A DNA stretch of 39,374 nt from a virus (lineage: Duplodnaviria; Heunggongvirae; Uroviricota; Caudoviricetes): IMG/VR virus record IMGVR_UViG_3300029009_000036, positions 1 to 39,374 of that record. One strand, 5' to 3'. Made by a program: the position numbers and the translations under genes. Shown in pieces: positions 1 through 9,203 of the stretch. The notes beneath the pieces were generated by a model. The model ran no database searches. It was not told where the DNA came from and saw nothing but the letters and a program-made list of their open reading frames with translations. How positions within the stretch are numbered: position 1 is the stretch's first letter; each line of letters starts with the position of its first letter.

Positions 1-167
1 TAATCACCTTTACCGTGAATAATCGCCCCTGTGGTCACCATTTCGGTATACAGCAACGTATTGCGGGAAAGCAGACGCAGGAAATAACGGCAATGTCTGT
101 CCGTCCAGTCGAGCATAGGAGCAATGCTAAACCGAGAATTCCAGTAAACACCAGTTTTTTCAGGCAT
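1..167 (-). CDS. dusA: tRNA-dihydrouridine synthase A, 5' part (gene runs off the left edge of the window)
   Basis: Minus-strand ATG at 167 translates to [55 protein letters not shown] with no stop before position 1; recognised as DusA N-terminus from memory. Absent from ORF track because incomplete. Confidence 0.8.
   Translation of the reverse strand, partial: MPEKTGVYWNSRFSIAPMLDWTDRHCRYFLRLLSRNTLLYTEMVTTGAIIHGKGD
109..125. other. attL core candidate (within restored dusA 5' end)
   Basis: tcgagcataggagcaat here matches tcgagcatcggggcaat at 38411-38427 (15/17). Confidence 0.5.
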
Positions 168-245
168 CACGCTGGTTTGATTAATTTTTTGTGTTTCATG
201 ATTATCGTGCATTTTTGAACATTTCAGGCTATTTTTCTCGCGTTA

Positions 246-280
246 GGTTCCCGCACAGGTTCCCACGTTTTATGGGAACC
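246..280. promoter_or_regulatory. GGTTCCC(A) repeat cluster upstream of int (candidate integrase arm-type or regulator sites)
   Basis: ggttccc at 246-252 and 258-264, inverted copy tgggaacc at 273-280; the same octamer ggttccca recurs at 38349-38356 next to attR. Confidence 0.35.
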
Positions 281-300
281 CGAAATAACGAGGTCGTGTA

Positions 301-1398
301 ATGGCGTACTATAACATAGAGAAACGACTAAAATCCGATGGCACACCACGCTATCGCTGTAATGTGATTATCAAAGAAAAAGGTGTTATCACTTACAGGG
401 AAAGCAAAACATTCCCTAAACATGCTCATGCCAAAACATGGGGCACACAGAAAGTGATGGAATTAGATCTATATGGCATTCCATCATCAAATGCAGTTGA
501 CGGACTTACAGTCCGTGACTTACTACACAAATATTTAAATGACCCAAATGCCGGAGGTAAAGCAGGCCGTACTAAAAGATATGTGCTGGAACTGCTTATG
601 GATAGTGACATCTCCGCGATCAAACTATCTGAACTGACAGAAAATGACGTAATTGAACATTGCAGGCTAAGAAACAACGCTGGTGCAGGTCCTGCAACAG
701 TCAGCCACGATGTTAGTTATCTTGGCAGTGTTCTGGATGCGGCCAAACCTGTATACGGAATTAATTACACATCAAACCCGGCGAAAAGCGCTCGCCCATA
801 TCTACTTAAACTTGGTTTGATTGGTAAATCAAACCGTCGTAATCGTAGACCAGCATCTGATGAACTGGACATGCTCATTGCAGGCCTTCAACAACGATCT
901 ACTCATAAATGCTCAAAAATTCCGTTCGTTGATATCCTCAAATTTTCTGTATGGTCCTGTATGCGAATCGGAGAAGTATGCCGGTTACGATGGGAAGATC
1001 TCGACCAGGAACAAAAATCTATACTCGTAAGAGACAGGAAAGATCCACGCAAAAAGGAAGGTAACCACATGAAAGTAGCCTTGCTTGGGGAAGCCTGGGA
1101 TATCGTCCAACGACAGCCCCAAAAATCGGAATTCATTTTTCCATATAACAGCACTTCTGTTACTGCGGGATTTCAGAGAGTAAGAAGCAAATTAGGTATT
1201 AAGGATCTGCGATACCATGATTTGCGTAGAGAAGGGGCAAGTCGCTTATTTGAGGCTGGTTTTAGTATTGAGGAAGTCGCCCAAGTTACAGGGCATCGTT
1301 CATTAAACGTGCTATGGCAGGTATATACCGAACTGTATCCGAAATCTTTACATAATCGTTTTGAAGAGCTCCAAAGGAGCAGAAATAAGACCTCTTGA
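301..1398 (+). CDS. Tyrosine-type site-specific integrase (dusA-targeting family inferred from context)
   Basis: 365 aa, ATG at 301 with GAGG upstream; C-terminal catalytic region ...RYHDLRREGASRLFEAGFSIEEVAQVTGHRSLNVLWQVYTELYP typical of tyrosine recombinases; sits directly beside the dusA 5' end. Confidence 0.9.
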   Translation: MAYYNIEKRLKSDGTPRYRCNVIIKEKGVITYRESKTFPKHAHAKTWGTQKVMELDLYGIPSSNAVDGLTVRDLLHKYLNDPNAGGKAGRTKRYVLELLMDSDISAIKLSELTENDVIEHCRLRNNAGAGPATVSHDVSYLGSVLDAAKPVYGINYTSNPAKSARPYLLKLGLIGKSNRRNRRPASDELDMLIAGLQQRSTHKCSKIPFVDILKFSVWSCMRIGEVCRLRWEDLDQEQKSILVRDRKDPRKKEGNHMKVALLGEAWDIVQRQPQKSEFIFPYNSTSVTAGFQRVRSKLGIKDLRYHDLRREGASRLFEAGFSIEEVAQVTGHRSLNVLWQVYTELYPKSLHNRFEELQRSRNKTS

Positions 1399-1459
1399 CA
1401 CTGTTTATCCATACAGTTAAAAATAATGCTGTATACAAACACAGTATGGAGGGACTTTT

Positions 1460-1708
1460 ATGCGTATTGAAATCTGCATAGCCAAAGAAAAAATGACTAA
1501 AATGCCAACCGGTGCTGTGGATGCGTTAAAGGAAGAATTAACCCGACGCATCAGTAAGCGTTATGACGATGTTGAGGTGTTAGTAAAAGCCACCAGCAAT
1601 GATGGCCTTTCTGTTACACGCACCGCAGATAAGGATTCTGCAAAAACTTTTGTTCAGGAGACTCTGAAAGATACCTGGGAATCTGCTGACGAGTGGTTTG
1701 TTCACTAA
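1460..1708 (+). CDS. DinI-family protein (DNA damage-inducible protein I homolog)
   Basis: 82 aa; [11 protein letters not shown]...[16 protein letters not shown] matches the DinI N-terminus and C-terminal WESADxWF motif as I recall them; RBS GGAGGG upstream of ATG 1460. Confidence 0.85.
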   Translation: MRIEICIAKEKMTKMPTGAVDALKEELTRRISKRYDDVEVLVKATSNDGLSVTRTADKDSAKTFVQETLKDTWESADEWFVH

Positions 1709-2056
1709 TAAACACGTAAAATCTGTAACGGCTGGAAATCATTCAATACTCGCACTATCGAAAGTTCACCAGCCAACCGCAGCGCGTTCTTGCATACGAC
1801 GTGGCTGCAGTCTCAACTCCGTCCCCCACCAATCATGATTGGGCAGTACCAGTACAGCACTAGTAAAAACTGGAAATAAGCAGTCTCAGCAAAATACCGG
1901 CCAGACGGTGAGAAGACAAAAAAGATACGCAAAGTAGCCGCGGCCCTTAGTGACATGAAATCCCGCTATACGGGCTTTTTTGTATCTGCACACGATTGAT
2001 TATTAGGTCCGTATAGCTAATAGTGGTCTTAACCTACATATAGAATCAGAGACTTT

Positions 2057-2752
2057 ATGAAAAAGGAAATACTCAAGGCTCTTTGCCCTACATGCGGTGG
2101 GTTACGTAACTGCACTGTGCATGGGAAGCTAACCACTAGCTGGGAGGATTCCCAATATCCAGTTTATGGGTACCATTACCATCACCTACTCCAATGCAAT
2201 GGCTGTGATACTGTCTTCTATCACCACAACGAACACTTCAGTGAGCATACTACCCACGAATATCGTGATGGTGAATTTGTAGAAACGCCTATAGATATGA
2301 TCACTACCTATCCTGCCGCTGAAACATTTCAAGCTCCGATATGGTTATCCAAGCTTGAATCAGTTGATCGTCAGCTCTTTCAAATATTTAATGAAATGTA
2401 TTCTTCATATACTTCTGACCATTTCATTCTTTCGTCCATCGGTTTACGGACGATTTTTGATCGAACTGCTGAACTGTTACAAATTCACCCCGGTTTGCCG
2501 CTTGGTGAAAAAGTTGAAAAATTAAAACAAGATGGAGTCATAGGCGACACTGAGGCATGCGTTATATCTTCAGTAATTGATGCAGGAAACGCCGCCGCAC
2601 ATCGCAGTTGGAGCCCGAATAAAAGTGAGTTCGAACAAATGCTAGAAGCTATAGAAAGTTTTGTCCAAAGAACTATCTTGGGCAAAAAATCACTTGAACA
2701 TATAACCAAACAACTCCCACCTCGGGTTACAAGACCTAAAAATAGTGCATAA
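2057..2752 (+). CDS. Hypothetical cargo protein: N-terminal Cys4 zinc ribbon plus C-terminal helical domain with GNAAAH motif (DUF4145/HEPN-like, unverified)
   Basis: 231 aa; CPTCGG...CNGC pair of CxxC motifs; C-terminal ...VIDAGNAAAHRSW... resembles the R/N..AH signature I associate with DUF4145/HEPN-type domains; lower GC than flanking phage genes. Confidence 0.6.
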   Translation: MKKEILKALCPTCGGLRNCTVHGKLTTSWEDSQYPVYGYHYHHLLQCNGCDTVFYHHNEHFSEHTTHEYRDGEFVETPIDMITTYPAAETFQAPIWLSKLESVDRQLFQIFNEMYSSYTSDHFILSSIGLRTIFDRTAELLQIHPGLPLGEKVEKLKQDGVIGDTEACVISSVIDAGNAAAHRSWSPNKSEFEQMLEAIESFVQRTILGKKSLEHITKQLPPRVTRPKNSA

Positions 2753-2778
2753 TCCGCGATCATCAATGTGGCGTAAGG

Positions 2779-3335
2779 CTATGGTTTACTTGCTACAGGG
2801 AATTTTTTATACACCGTTGAAATATCCAGATCATAAATCAGTGCGACTTGCTGCTGATATATTCCCGATTCAATCAACCTGCCAGCCTGCCCCCATTGTT
2901 CTACTGTCAGCTTTGGCTTTCGCCCACCGTTCCTCCCTTCTTGTCGTGCTGCGGCAAAGCCGCCCTAGTACGTTCGACAATAAACTCTCGCTCCATTTCA
3001 GCCAGGGCACCCATCACATGAAAGAAAAAGCGCCCCATTGGTGTGCTGGTATCAATAGCATCCGTCAGGCTGCGAAAATTAACGCCACGTTCGCGCAACT
3101 CTTCCACCAGCACGACAAGATGCCGCATACTGCGCCCCAGTCGGTCCAGTTTCCAGACCACCAGCGTGTCACCTGCCGATAATGTCCTGAGCAGCTTTTT
3201 CAGTCCTGGTCTGTCGGACTTTGTACCGCTTATCTTGTCTTCAAAAATCAGCTCACATCCTGCACAGTTCAACGCATTACGTTGTAGATCGGTGTTCTGG
3301 TCATTTGTTGATACGCGAACATAGCCAATAAGCAT
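2779..3335 (-). pseudogene. pin: Pin/Gin/Hin-family serine DNA invertase, frameshifted between catalytic and HTH domains
   Basis: ATG at 3335 with AGGAGG RBS; MLIGYVRVSTNDQNTDLQRNAL...LVVWKLDRLGRSMRHL is a canonical invertase catalytic domain; frame breaks near 2962-2968 (...VERTRAALPQHDKKGG...stop at 2907) while a shifted frame continues GGFAAARQEGRNGGKRPKLTVEQWGQAGRLIESGIYQQQVALIYDLDISTVYKKFPVASKP (HTH domain) to 2779. Confidence 0.75.
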
Positions 3336-3390
3336 GATAGCTCCTCCTGACAAAAACAGGAACGATGCCATTTGCGCGCTATTTCTGCAT

Positions 3391-3416
3391 TTTCATAAAC
3401 GTTGGTTTGGGAGAAG
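3391..3416. repeat. Invertase crossover site, left (gix/pix-like)
   Basis: tttcataaacgttggtttgggagaag; its reverse complement cttctcccaaaccaacgtttatgaaa matches 5224-5249 over ~20 bp; AAACC-NN-GGTTT core typical of gix/hix sites. Confidence 0.6.
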
Positions 3417-3754
3417 CGGCAAAAAGGAATGTGGGGACAGGGGCGAATCAGATACCTGATATGGGTAGCTTCACGCTTTCTGTTTCAGGTACTGGATATC
3501 AAAAATTACCATCTGGTTTTATTCTTCAGTGGGGCTCAATCGGCGCTCCAGGCATTGCACAGGATGTGGTAACCCATTTCCCGATTGCATTTCCGAACAG
3601 ATGTCTGCGTGTTTTGGTCTCACAAGACTACACACCAGATAGCGGGGCTGTTGGTTATATTGCCTGTGCAGGTTTTAGTCCCGACCCGGTTAAATTTATA
3701 TCCAGAGCCAGTACTCCAGGTCTCGGCGCTTCATTTTTAGCGTTAGGCTGTTAA
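3402..3754 (+). other. Alternative tail-fibre C-terminal coding segment (silent orientation, no own start)
   Basis: Open frame encoding ...[23 protein letters not shown]..., a tail-fibre C-terminal-like sequence, beginning at the left crossover site and followed by its own tfa gene. Confidence 0.5.
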
Positions 3755-3775
3755 TTTAGCTATATGGAATGAGAA

Positions 3776-4216
3776 ATGAATTATATATATTCCGCGACTA
3801 CAAACTCTTTCTATCCGTTAGAGATGAAAGAGGATTACACTCAAGCTGACTCATGGCCAGATGATGCTGTTGAAGTTGACGAGCAGGTGTATATTGAGTT
3901 TTCCGGATTACCGCCGAAAGGAAAAATCCGTATCGCTGGAGAAAATGGTTTTCCTGCATGGTCTGAAATTCCACCACCAACACATGAGGAACAGATTGCT
4001 GCAGCCGAACTGGAAAAGCAGCAATTGATTAATCAGGCCAACGATTATATGAACAGTAAACAATGGCCTGGTAAAGCGGCTATTGGTCGTCTGAAAGGTG
4101 AGGAACTGGCGCAATATAATTTGTGGCTGGATTATCTGGACGCACTGGAACTGGTTGATTCCTCCAGTGCTCCAGATATTGAATGGCCTACGCCTCCGGC
4201 AGTTCAGGCCAGATGA
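3776..4216 (+). CDS. Tail fibre assembly protein (alternative copy, Tfa family)
   Basis: 146 aa; C-terminus ...LWLDYLDALELVDSSSAPDIEWPTPP shares the conserved Tfa C-terminal motif with the convergent 4188-4781 gene. Confidence 0.8.
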   Translation: MNYIYSATTNSFYPLEMKEDYTQADSWPDDAVEVDEQVYIEFSGLPPKGKIRIAGENGFPAWSEIPPPTHEEQIAAAELEKQQLINQANDYMNSKQWPGKAAIGRLKGEELAQYNLWLDYLDALELVDSSSAPDIEWPTPPAVQAR

Positions 4217-4781
4217 CGTCCGGCGCGGTGCTGGTATCTGTTGCCGTCACCGCGTCAATGTAATCCAGCACGGCGTTAAGTCGGGTTGTTTCTGCCTGAG
4301 TCAGTTTCCGTCCGGCCTGTAATTTCAGCTGAATCAGACTAATGGAAGCCATTGCTGCATCAATCAGTGACTGGCGCTGTGCTTCTGCCGCGTCTACTGC
4401 GGCACTGTGTTGTGCCTCAGTGTCTGTCACCCATTTCTCACCATCCCATTTATCGTATGGCGTTAACGGTGAAATCGTGACATAACCGTCTTTGATGGCA
4501 CCGATATAATCCACTGTAGCAGCAGCACCATTTTCGATTGAGTAAACGGTCTCATTGCGATGGTCTTCTTCATGGCTCCATCCCTTACCTGTAAATACTG
4601 CCACTCTTCCCGGAATGTTTTCGCCAAGGTCAATACCAGTGGAATAGGCGGGCATACTTACGCCAGTATTAATATATTCATCAGACCAGCCCGTATACTC
4701 AGATGTTTCAGCATCATAATAAAAACAACGCATATCGCCCGGCACTGTAGCCAGCCCATTTTCATCAAAAACAGGTTTCAT
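4188..4781 (-). CDS. Tail fibre assembly protein (Tfa family, expressed orientation)
   Basis: 197 aa; ATG at 4781 overlaps tail-fibre stop (TAATG); C-terminus ...AVLDYIDAVTATDTSTAPDVIWPELPEA. Confidence 0.85.
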   Translation of the reverse strand: MKPVFDENGLATVPGDMRCFYYDAETSEYTGWSDEYINTGVSMPAYSTGIDLGENIPGRVAVFTGKGWSHEEDHRNETVYSIENGAAATVDYIGAIKDGYVTISPLTPYDKWDGEKWVTDTEAQHSAAVDAAEAQRQSLIDAAMASISLIQLKLQAGRKLTQAETTRLNAVLDYIDAVTATDTSTAPDVIWPELPEA

Positions 4782-5527
4782 TATTTAGCCCTCACCAGAA
4801 AGTTAAATGCAATATTTCGCGGTCTGACTGCAACAAAATTCACACCATCACCCACAGAGTTACTGGTGAAATTAAATCGTGAAAATCCTGGCTGATTTCC
4901 GGCGATGCCATCATGAAAGTTAATTGCGTGTCCCGCACCTTCGCCTATATTCCCGGCAAACTGAGAAAAGTTTGTAGCGTTCTGCCAGCTTAATAATTCG
5001 CGACCACCGTCTACACCTCGCCCGTCATCCCAGACACGAATGAAATCACCGCGTGCGTCAGGTAATGCCAGCGCCGGAAACACTTTCGCCAGCACAGGGT
5101 AATCAGTGGCAGAAAATTTCGCCCCGTTGAACTTCAAAAACACCATACTGGACCAGCTGTCGATTACAGTATTTGGCATTGCAGCGGACGGCCAGAAGAA
5201 CGGAACGCCAATAGCTGGAGCACCTTCTCCCAAACCAAGGTTTTCGAGAGCTGTTTTCACCGTGCCGTCCGATTTGATATCGCCAAACGGATTCTTGCGG
5301 CTTAACAGCAGCGCACGAAGCGCGGTAAGCAGCTGGTCGTGCCGCGCCTTCTCCAGACTGGCACCGGATGCCTCAACAACGCTACAAAGTTCTTCCTGCA
5401 ACATGTCAAAGTAGTCATCATCCAGATCGGTGGCAGGCGTGCCAGTCTGGGGGTTACCACGGGTAAAACCGTTCTTACCCGCGCCGAACTTATCCTTCTG
5501 CGCGGTTTTCGTGTCTATACGATGCAT
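4781..5527 (-). CDS. Side tail fibre protein (constant N-terminus outside, variable C-terminus inside the invertible segment)
   Basis: 248 aa, ATG at 5527; right crossover site lies at codon ~97; resembles e14-type short tail fibres from memory. Confidence 0.8.
   Translation of the reverse strand: MHRIDTKTAQKDKFGAGKNGFTRGNPQTGTPATDLDDDYFDMLQEELCSVVEASGASLEKARHDQLLTALRALLLSRKNPFGDIKSDGTVKTALENLGLGEGAPAIGVPFFWPSAAMPNTVIDSWSSMVFLKFNGAKFSATDYPVLAKVFPALALPDARGDFIRVWDDGRGVDGGRELLSWQNATNFSQFAGNIGEGAGHAINFHDGIAGNQPGFSRFNFTSNSVGDGVNFVAVRPRNIAFNFLVRAK
5224..5249. repeat. Invertase crossover site, right (gix/pix-like), inside tail-fibre gene
   Basis: cttctcccaaaccaaggttttcgaga; inverted relative to 3391-3416; the two sites bracket ~1.84 kb. 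Confidence 0.6.
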
Positions 5528-5530
5528 GGA

Positions 5531-6115
5531 TTACTCCGGATATTTAAAAATTACGTAGGTATGCGACGGGCAGAGTTTGTTAAGCACACACTCGACAACG
5601 GTGTCACCCCAGATACGCAGCGCGGAATCACAGGGATCGCCACATGTCATCCAGGTGGTGTTGGTGGCGGCTGGCATGTTGATCTGCCAGTAATACCGCC
5701 ATTCCGGCGCATTCACCGCGTCAGTACAGGCCGATGAGCAGGTGAACGTGCTTTTATCGTATCGCGTGATAGTGGCGTCTGGTCTGCCCAGGGCAGCAAG
5801 CTGTGCAAGGTAAAAATCCTCATTGATGCCGCCCGCCAGATTAACCTTCGCATCCAGCCGTTGCTGACGCTGGCGAAGGGTCTGTGTCCCTGCGGGAATA
5901 CATTCATCCGGCAGACCGCACAGACGCTCCCAGCGATTTATCAGTTCGGTGGTGGTGCGCGGATCCAGCTCCCGCATCAGGGCATCCGCACGCTGATGAA
6001 TGCGGGTTAATGACGGTGCCGCACCGGCAATCGCCGGATCGCTGGCTGACCACGCCGGACCGGGGGGCAACAGTGCCGACAACAGACGGATGTAATCATC
6101 GTTTGTCACGTCCAT
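5531..6115 (-). CDS. Phage tail protein, YmfQ / Mu gp48-like
   Basis: 194 aa, ATG at 6115; position between baseplate J and tail fibre; size and sequence recall E. coli e14 YmfQ. Confidence 0.75.
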   Translation of the reverse strand: MDVTNDDYIRLLSALLPPGPAWSASDPAIAGAAPSLTRIHQRADALMRELDPRTTTELINRWERLCGLPDECIPAGTQTLRQRQQRLDAKVNLAGGINEDFYLAQLAALGRPDATITRYDKSTFTCSSACTDAVNAPEWRYYWQINMPAATNTTWMTCGDPCDSALRIWGDTVVECVLNKLCPSHTYVIFKYPE

Positions 6116-7164
6116 GAAATCGTCCCCAGTACCGCCAGTTCATTTTTTGCAATGGAGATATTGTCTGCCGGTGCAAGCAACTGATGGCTGTATTCCCCGT
6201 TCGCACCGGAAATCGCCTCACTGATACGCGACACCTTCAGTTCTCCCTGCGGATAACCATCACGCAGCAGGAACGAACGCAACTCGGCGGTGATGGCAGC
6301 CCGTATTTCCGGTGTGTCCGGCGTCACGCGGATATGAAAATCCACTTTATGCGCCACCGGCCTGAATACATACAAATCAGAGCCTGCCACCGGGGCCAGT
6401 GGCTCAATGTGTTGTCTTGCCGCCGTTTCCGTTGATTCTTCCGGAATGGGATTAATCAGGTCACTGCTGGCAATCATCACACCGACAGTTCCCGTTCCCA
6501 TCCAGTGACGGTATGTCCATGCGCGGGTAATGCCGGGCACTTCTTTAGCCCAGACAACATAGTCCCCGTCAGCCCCGCCCTGAGGCGTCCAGTAATACCG
6601 CTCAATGACGCGGGCGCGCCACGTTTCCAGATCTTCAGTATCGAATCCGCCAGTCAGGGTATCTGCAACACCGGAAGACGGCAGACCATTCACCGGCGTG
6701 ACCAGGATTAATGCCGTACCGTCGTCAGCGTTACCGACCGCGCCTGCACTTGAGCAGGCGATCGGCACGCGCAGGACACCACCGGAGCTGGTTGCATCAG
6801 CAGTTGCCGTGTACTGCACCAGGTCATCGCGCTGAATCACGCTCCCGGCGGTCACCTTCAGGCCATCGCTGACACCTTCCCAGCGCATATACCCGCTGGC
6901 AGCCGTGGCCCCCTTGCGCGGACACCGTTTCATCGCAGCATGTCGCGCCAGCCAGGACTCATCGCACAGGTCAGGCAGCATGTTCATTGCCAGATAATCG
7001 ATGTAACCGTAAACCGTATGCAGCGCCGCCGCATACACCTTTGCCCGCACGTCTTCATCCATGCGCCGGAGCGTGTCGCTGACGTCCAGCCTGGCGAATA
7101 AATCGTTACGGAGCATACTGATATTTTCTGCCAGCGTCGGGCGCTGAAATTCACTGTCCGCCAT
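6106..7164 (-). CDS. Baseplate J-like protein (Mu gp47 / P2 gpJ family)
   Basis: 352 aa, ATG at 7164; conserved position in Mu-like baseplate module. Confidence 0.8.
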   Translation of the reverse strand: MADSEFQRPTLAENISMLRNDLFARLDVSDTLRRMDEDVRAKVYAAALHTVYGYIDYLAMNMLPDLCDESWLARHAAMKRCPRKGATAASGYMRWEGVSDGLKVTAGSVIQRDDLVQYTATADATSSGGVLRVPIACSSAGAVGNADDGTALILVTPVNGLPSSGVADTLTGGFDTEDLETWRARVIERYYWTPQGGADGDYVVWAKEVPGITRAWTYRHWMGTGTVGVMIASSDLINPIPEESTETAARQHIEPLAPVAGSDLYVFRPVAHKVDFHIRVTPDTPEIRAAITAELRSFLLRDGYPQGELKVSRISEAISGANGEYSHQLLAPADNISIAKNELAVLGTISWT

Positions 7165-7579
7165 GCGTTATCGCACTCCACAGATCATCAAAAGAAATCA
7201 TTACCGGTCCGTCACGACGCCAGAGGGTGATACTGTTACCCAGCTCATTAATCCCGGTGCGGCGGATATCCAGATCAATACGGGACACCACGCCGTCATC
7301 AATCATCCATTGCAGGCATTCGCGGATATACCCCCTTACTGTCTGCACCAGCTGATTGGTCAGTTTGCTGCGCTGAAGCAGCCACAGTCGGGAGCCGTAA
7401 CGGTCATTCTGTACCGCAGGCCAGGTATCCCCCCACCATCCCATCGGGACGTCGGCGTTGTCATCAGGCTCCGCCCGCCGCCAGGTAAACAGGGAAATCA
7501 CCACGGCGCGGGTCAGCGGATCCAGCGGTGCGCTGGCGCAGGTGCGTTTACCGTTCACCGTCAGCCACAGTTCCATCAT
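7151..7579 (-). CDS. Baseplate protein, Mu gp46-like
   Basis: 142 aa, ATG at 7579, overlapping neighbours in operon fashion. Confidence 0.7.
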   Translation of the reverse strand: MMELWLTVNGKRTCASAPLDPLTRAVVISLFTWRRAEPDDNADVPMGWWGDTWPAVQNDRYGSRLWLLQRSKLTNQLVQTVRGYIRECLQWMIDDGVVSRIDLDIRRTGINELGNSITLWRRDGPVMISFDDLWSAITHGGQ

Positions 7580-8124
7580 GCCTCCATCGCTTTATCCGGT
7601 TTGTCGGTGTTACTGCCCTGACCGTTCTCTCTGTGACGATGCCCGTTATAGGCAAGCCGCATCGCTGACATGGTAGTGCCGCCGGAGTCGCACAGGTCTT
7701 TCACCTGTCCTGTCACTTCCAGGTCCATTTCAAAACGTGCTTTAGGTGAATTGCGAAACGTGATCGTTTTACCTGCACCGTCCACCACGATCCCCTCCCG
7801 GGTCAGCGTCACGGACTGCCCCTGATCGTCATAGACAGCCACCTCACCCGTCTGCAGCCCTTTCAGGCGGTAGCGCCGGTCCGACACCGTAACAACCACC
7901 GCATGAGAACGGTCGCCATCCGGAAACAACACCACCGCTTCCGCACCGCTGTTTGCCCTTGCGGTAAAACCGTAGGGTTCAAGATGTTCAACCCCGGCTT
8001 TGGGTTCACCGGCAATCAGGGACACATCCACGGTCTGACATTTCGTGGCGGCACTGATGCTTTTCACCACGGCCCGCCCAATCAGGCCGAGGAGTTGTCG
8101 CTGCATGGCTTCAATCGCCCTCAT
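7576..8124 (-). CDS. Baseplate assembly protein V / spike (Mu gp45-like)
   Basis: 182 aa, ATG at 8124. Confidence 0.75.
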   Translation of the reverse strand: MRAIEAMQRQLLGLIGRAVVKSISAATKCQTVDVSLIAGEPKAGVEHLEPYGFTARANSGAEAVVLFPDGDRSHAVVVTVSDRRYRLKGLQTGEVAVYDDQGQSVTLTREGIVVDGAGKTITFRNSPKARFEMDLEVTGQVKDLCDSGGTTMSAMRLAYNGHRHRENGQGSNTDKPDKAMEA

Positions 8125-9203
8125 CAGAACGGGTCCTCCTGTACTCTGGCTTTTTTCTTTTTCCGCGCGCCGGGATCTTCGGGTTCAGGCAGATAAGCAT
8201 CAGGCGGGCCGACACGGATTTCCGTCAGGGTGCCGTTCTGGTCCTGAGTAAACGTGACTTCCGAAACAAGCAGTTCGGTATTGTCGAAACCACAGACCGG
8301 ATCGAAGACAATCACCCGCTGGTTGGGCTGCCACAGCGTACCGTTACCCTGTCGCCAGCCCTGCACCACATAAGTGGTTTCATCCGTCCGCGCCGCCCGT
8401 TGTCGGGCTTCAAAGTCAGCACGCGCAATACAGCCTGCCCCCGTGGCCTGCCCTGTCTGCCTGATATACATCGGACGGTAACGGGCAATAAATGCGTCCT
8501 CTGTGCGGGCCCGCAGCGCGGTGGTGGTGGCCTCACCGAAATCATCGTCGTTTCCGGCACGCTGCCCCGCCACCTGGTAAACTGAAAACCGCTCCCGGAT
8601 ACTCTTCTCCGTATCGCAGGAAAGGATGTTTTCCCCAAGTACCAGCGCGGTATGTGCCCGCGTTGAGCCAATACCGCCAATCACCAGCCTGCCGTGCGGG
8701 TCGTCGTAAGCCAGCGCCTGCTGCTGACCGAGTATTTTGTTGATCACCTCAATCACCGTTTCGCCGTGATCAGGCTGGACGTCAGGAATAACCCCCGACG
8801 GCGCACCGTTGTTCACCACCTCAATGCCGAAAGGCGCAGCAAGCGCCTGCGCAATCTGTACCAGCGATCGCCCGTTAAACTGTGTCGGTTCGGCTGCACA
8901 GTCAATCAGGTCAGCGGTCAGACTGCGTCCGGCAATACCGGTGCTGACCGAACGGGCATCGTAACGAACGGGCTTCGCCTCCACCCAGCCGGTGATCACC
9001 AGCTCATCACCAATCAGCACCTCCACTTTTGAACCGTTTTTAATGCGCGGCTGAAGCGTGGTAATACCCTCATCTCCCGGCCACTGGCGGGTGATCTCCA
9101 CACTGAAATCCCGCGCCAGCCGTTCAATACCGGCACCGATGCGCACCGATGTCCAGCCATTCCACTCCCGGCCATTTACCCGTAGCGTGACATTGTCGTT
9201 CAT
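8124..9203 (-). CDS. Tail/baseplate hub protein (Mu gp44 / P2 gpD-like)
   Basis: 359 aa, ATG at 9203; position after DNA circulation protein. Confidence 0.7.
   Translation of the reverse strand: MNDNVTLRVNGREWNGWTSVRIGAGIERLARDFSVEITRQWPGDEGITTLQPRIKNGSKVEVLIGDELVITGWVEAKPVRYDARSVSTGIAGRSLTADLIDCAAEPTQFNGRSLVQIAQALAAPFGIEVVNNGAPSGVIPDVQPDHGETVIEVINKILGQQQALAYDDPHGRLVIGGIGSTRAHTALVLGENILSCDTEKSIRERFSVYQVAGQRAGNDDDFGEATTTALRARTEDAFIARYRPMYIRQTGQATGAGCIARADFEARQRAARTDETTYVVQGWRQGNGTLWQPNQRVIVFDPVCGFDNTELLVSEVTFTQDQNGTLTEIRVGPPDAYLPEPEDPGARKKKKARVQEDPF

Noticed and set aside
15-218. 67-aa plus-strand ORF at the left edge
   Set aside because: Antisense to the clearly recognisable dusA 5' coding sequence; no RBS.
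2745-3324. Plus-strand ORFs of 145 and 93 aa overlapping the invertase gene
   Set aside because: Antisense to a strongly supported pin catalytic domain; no start signals.
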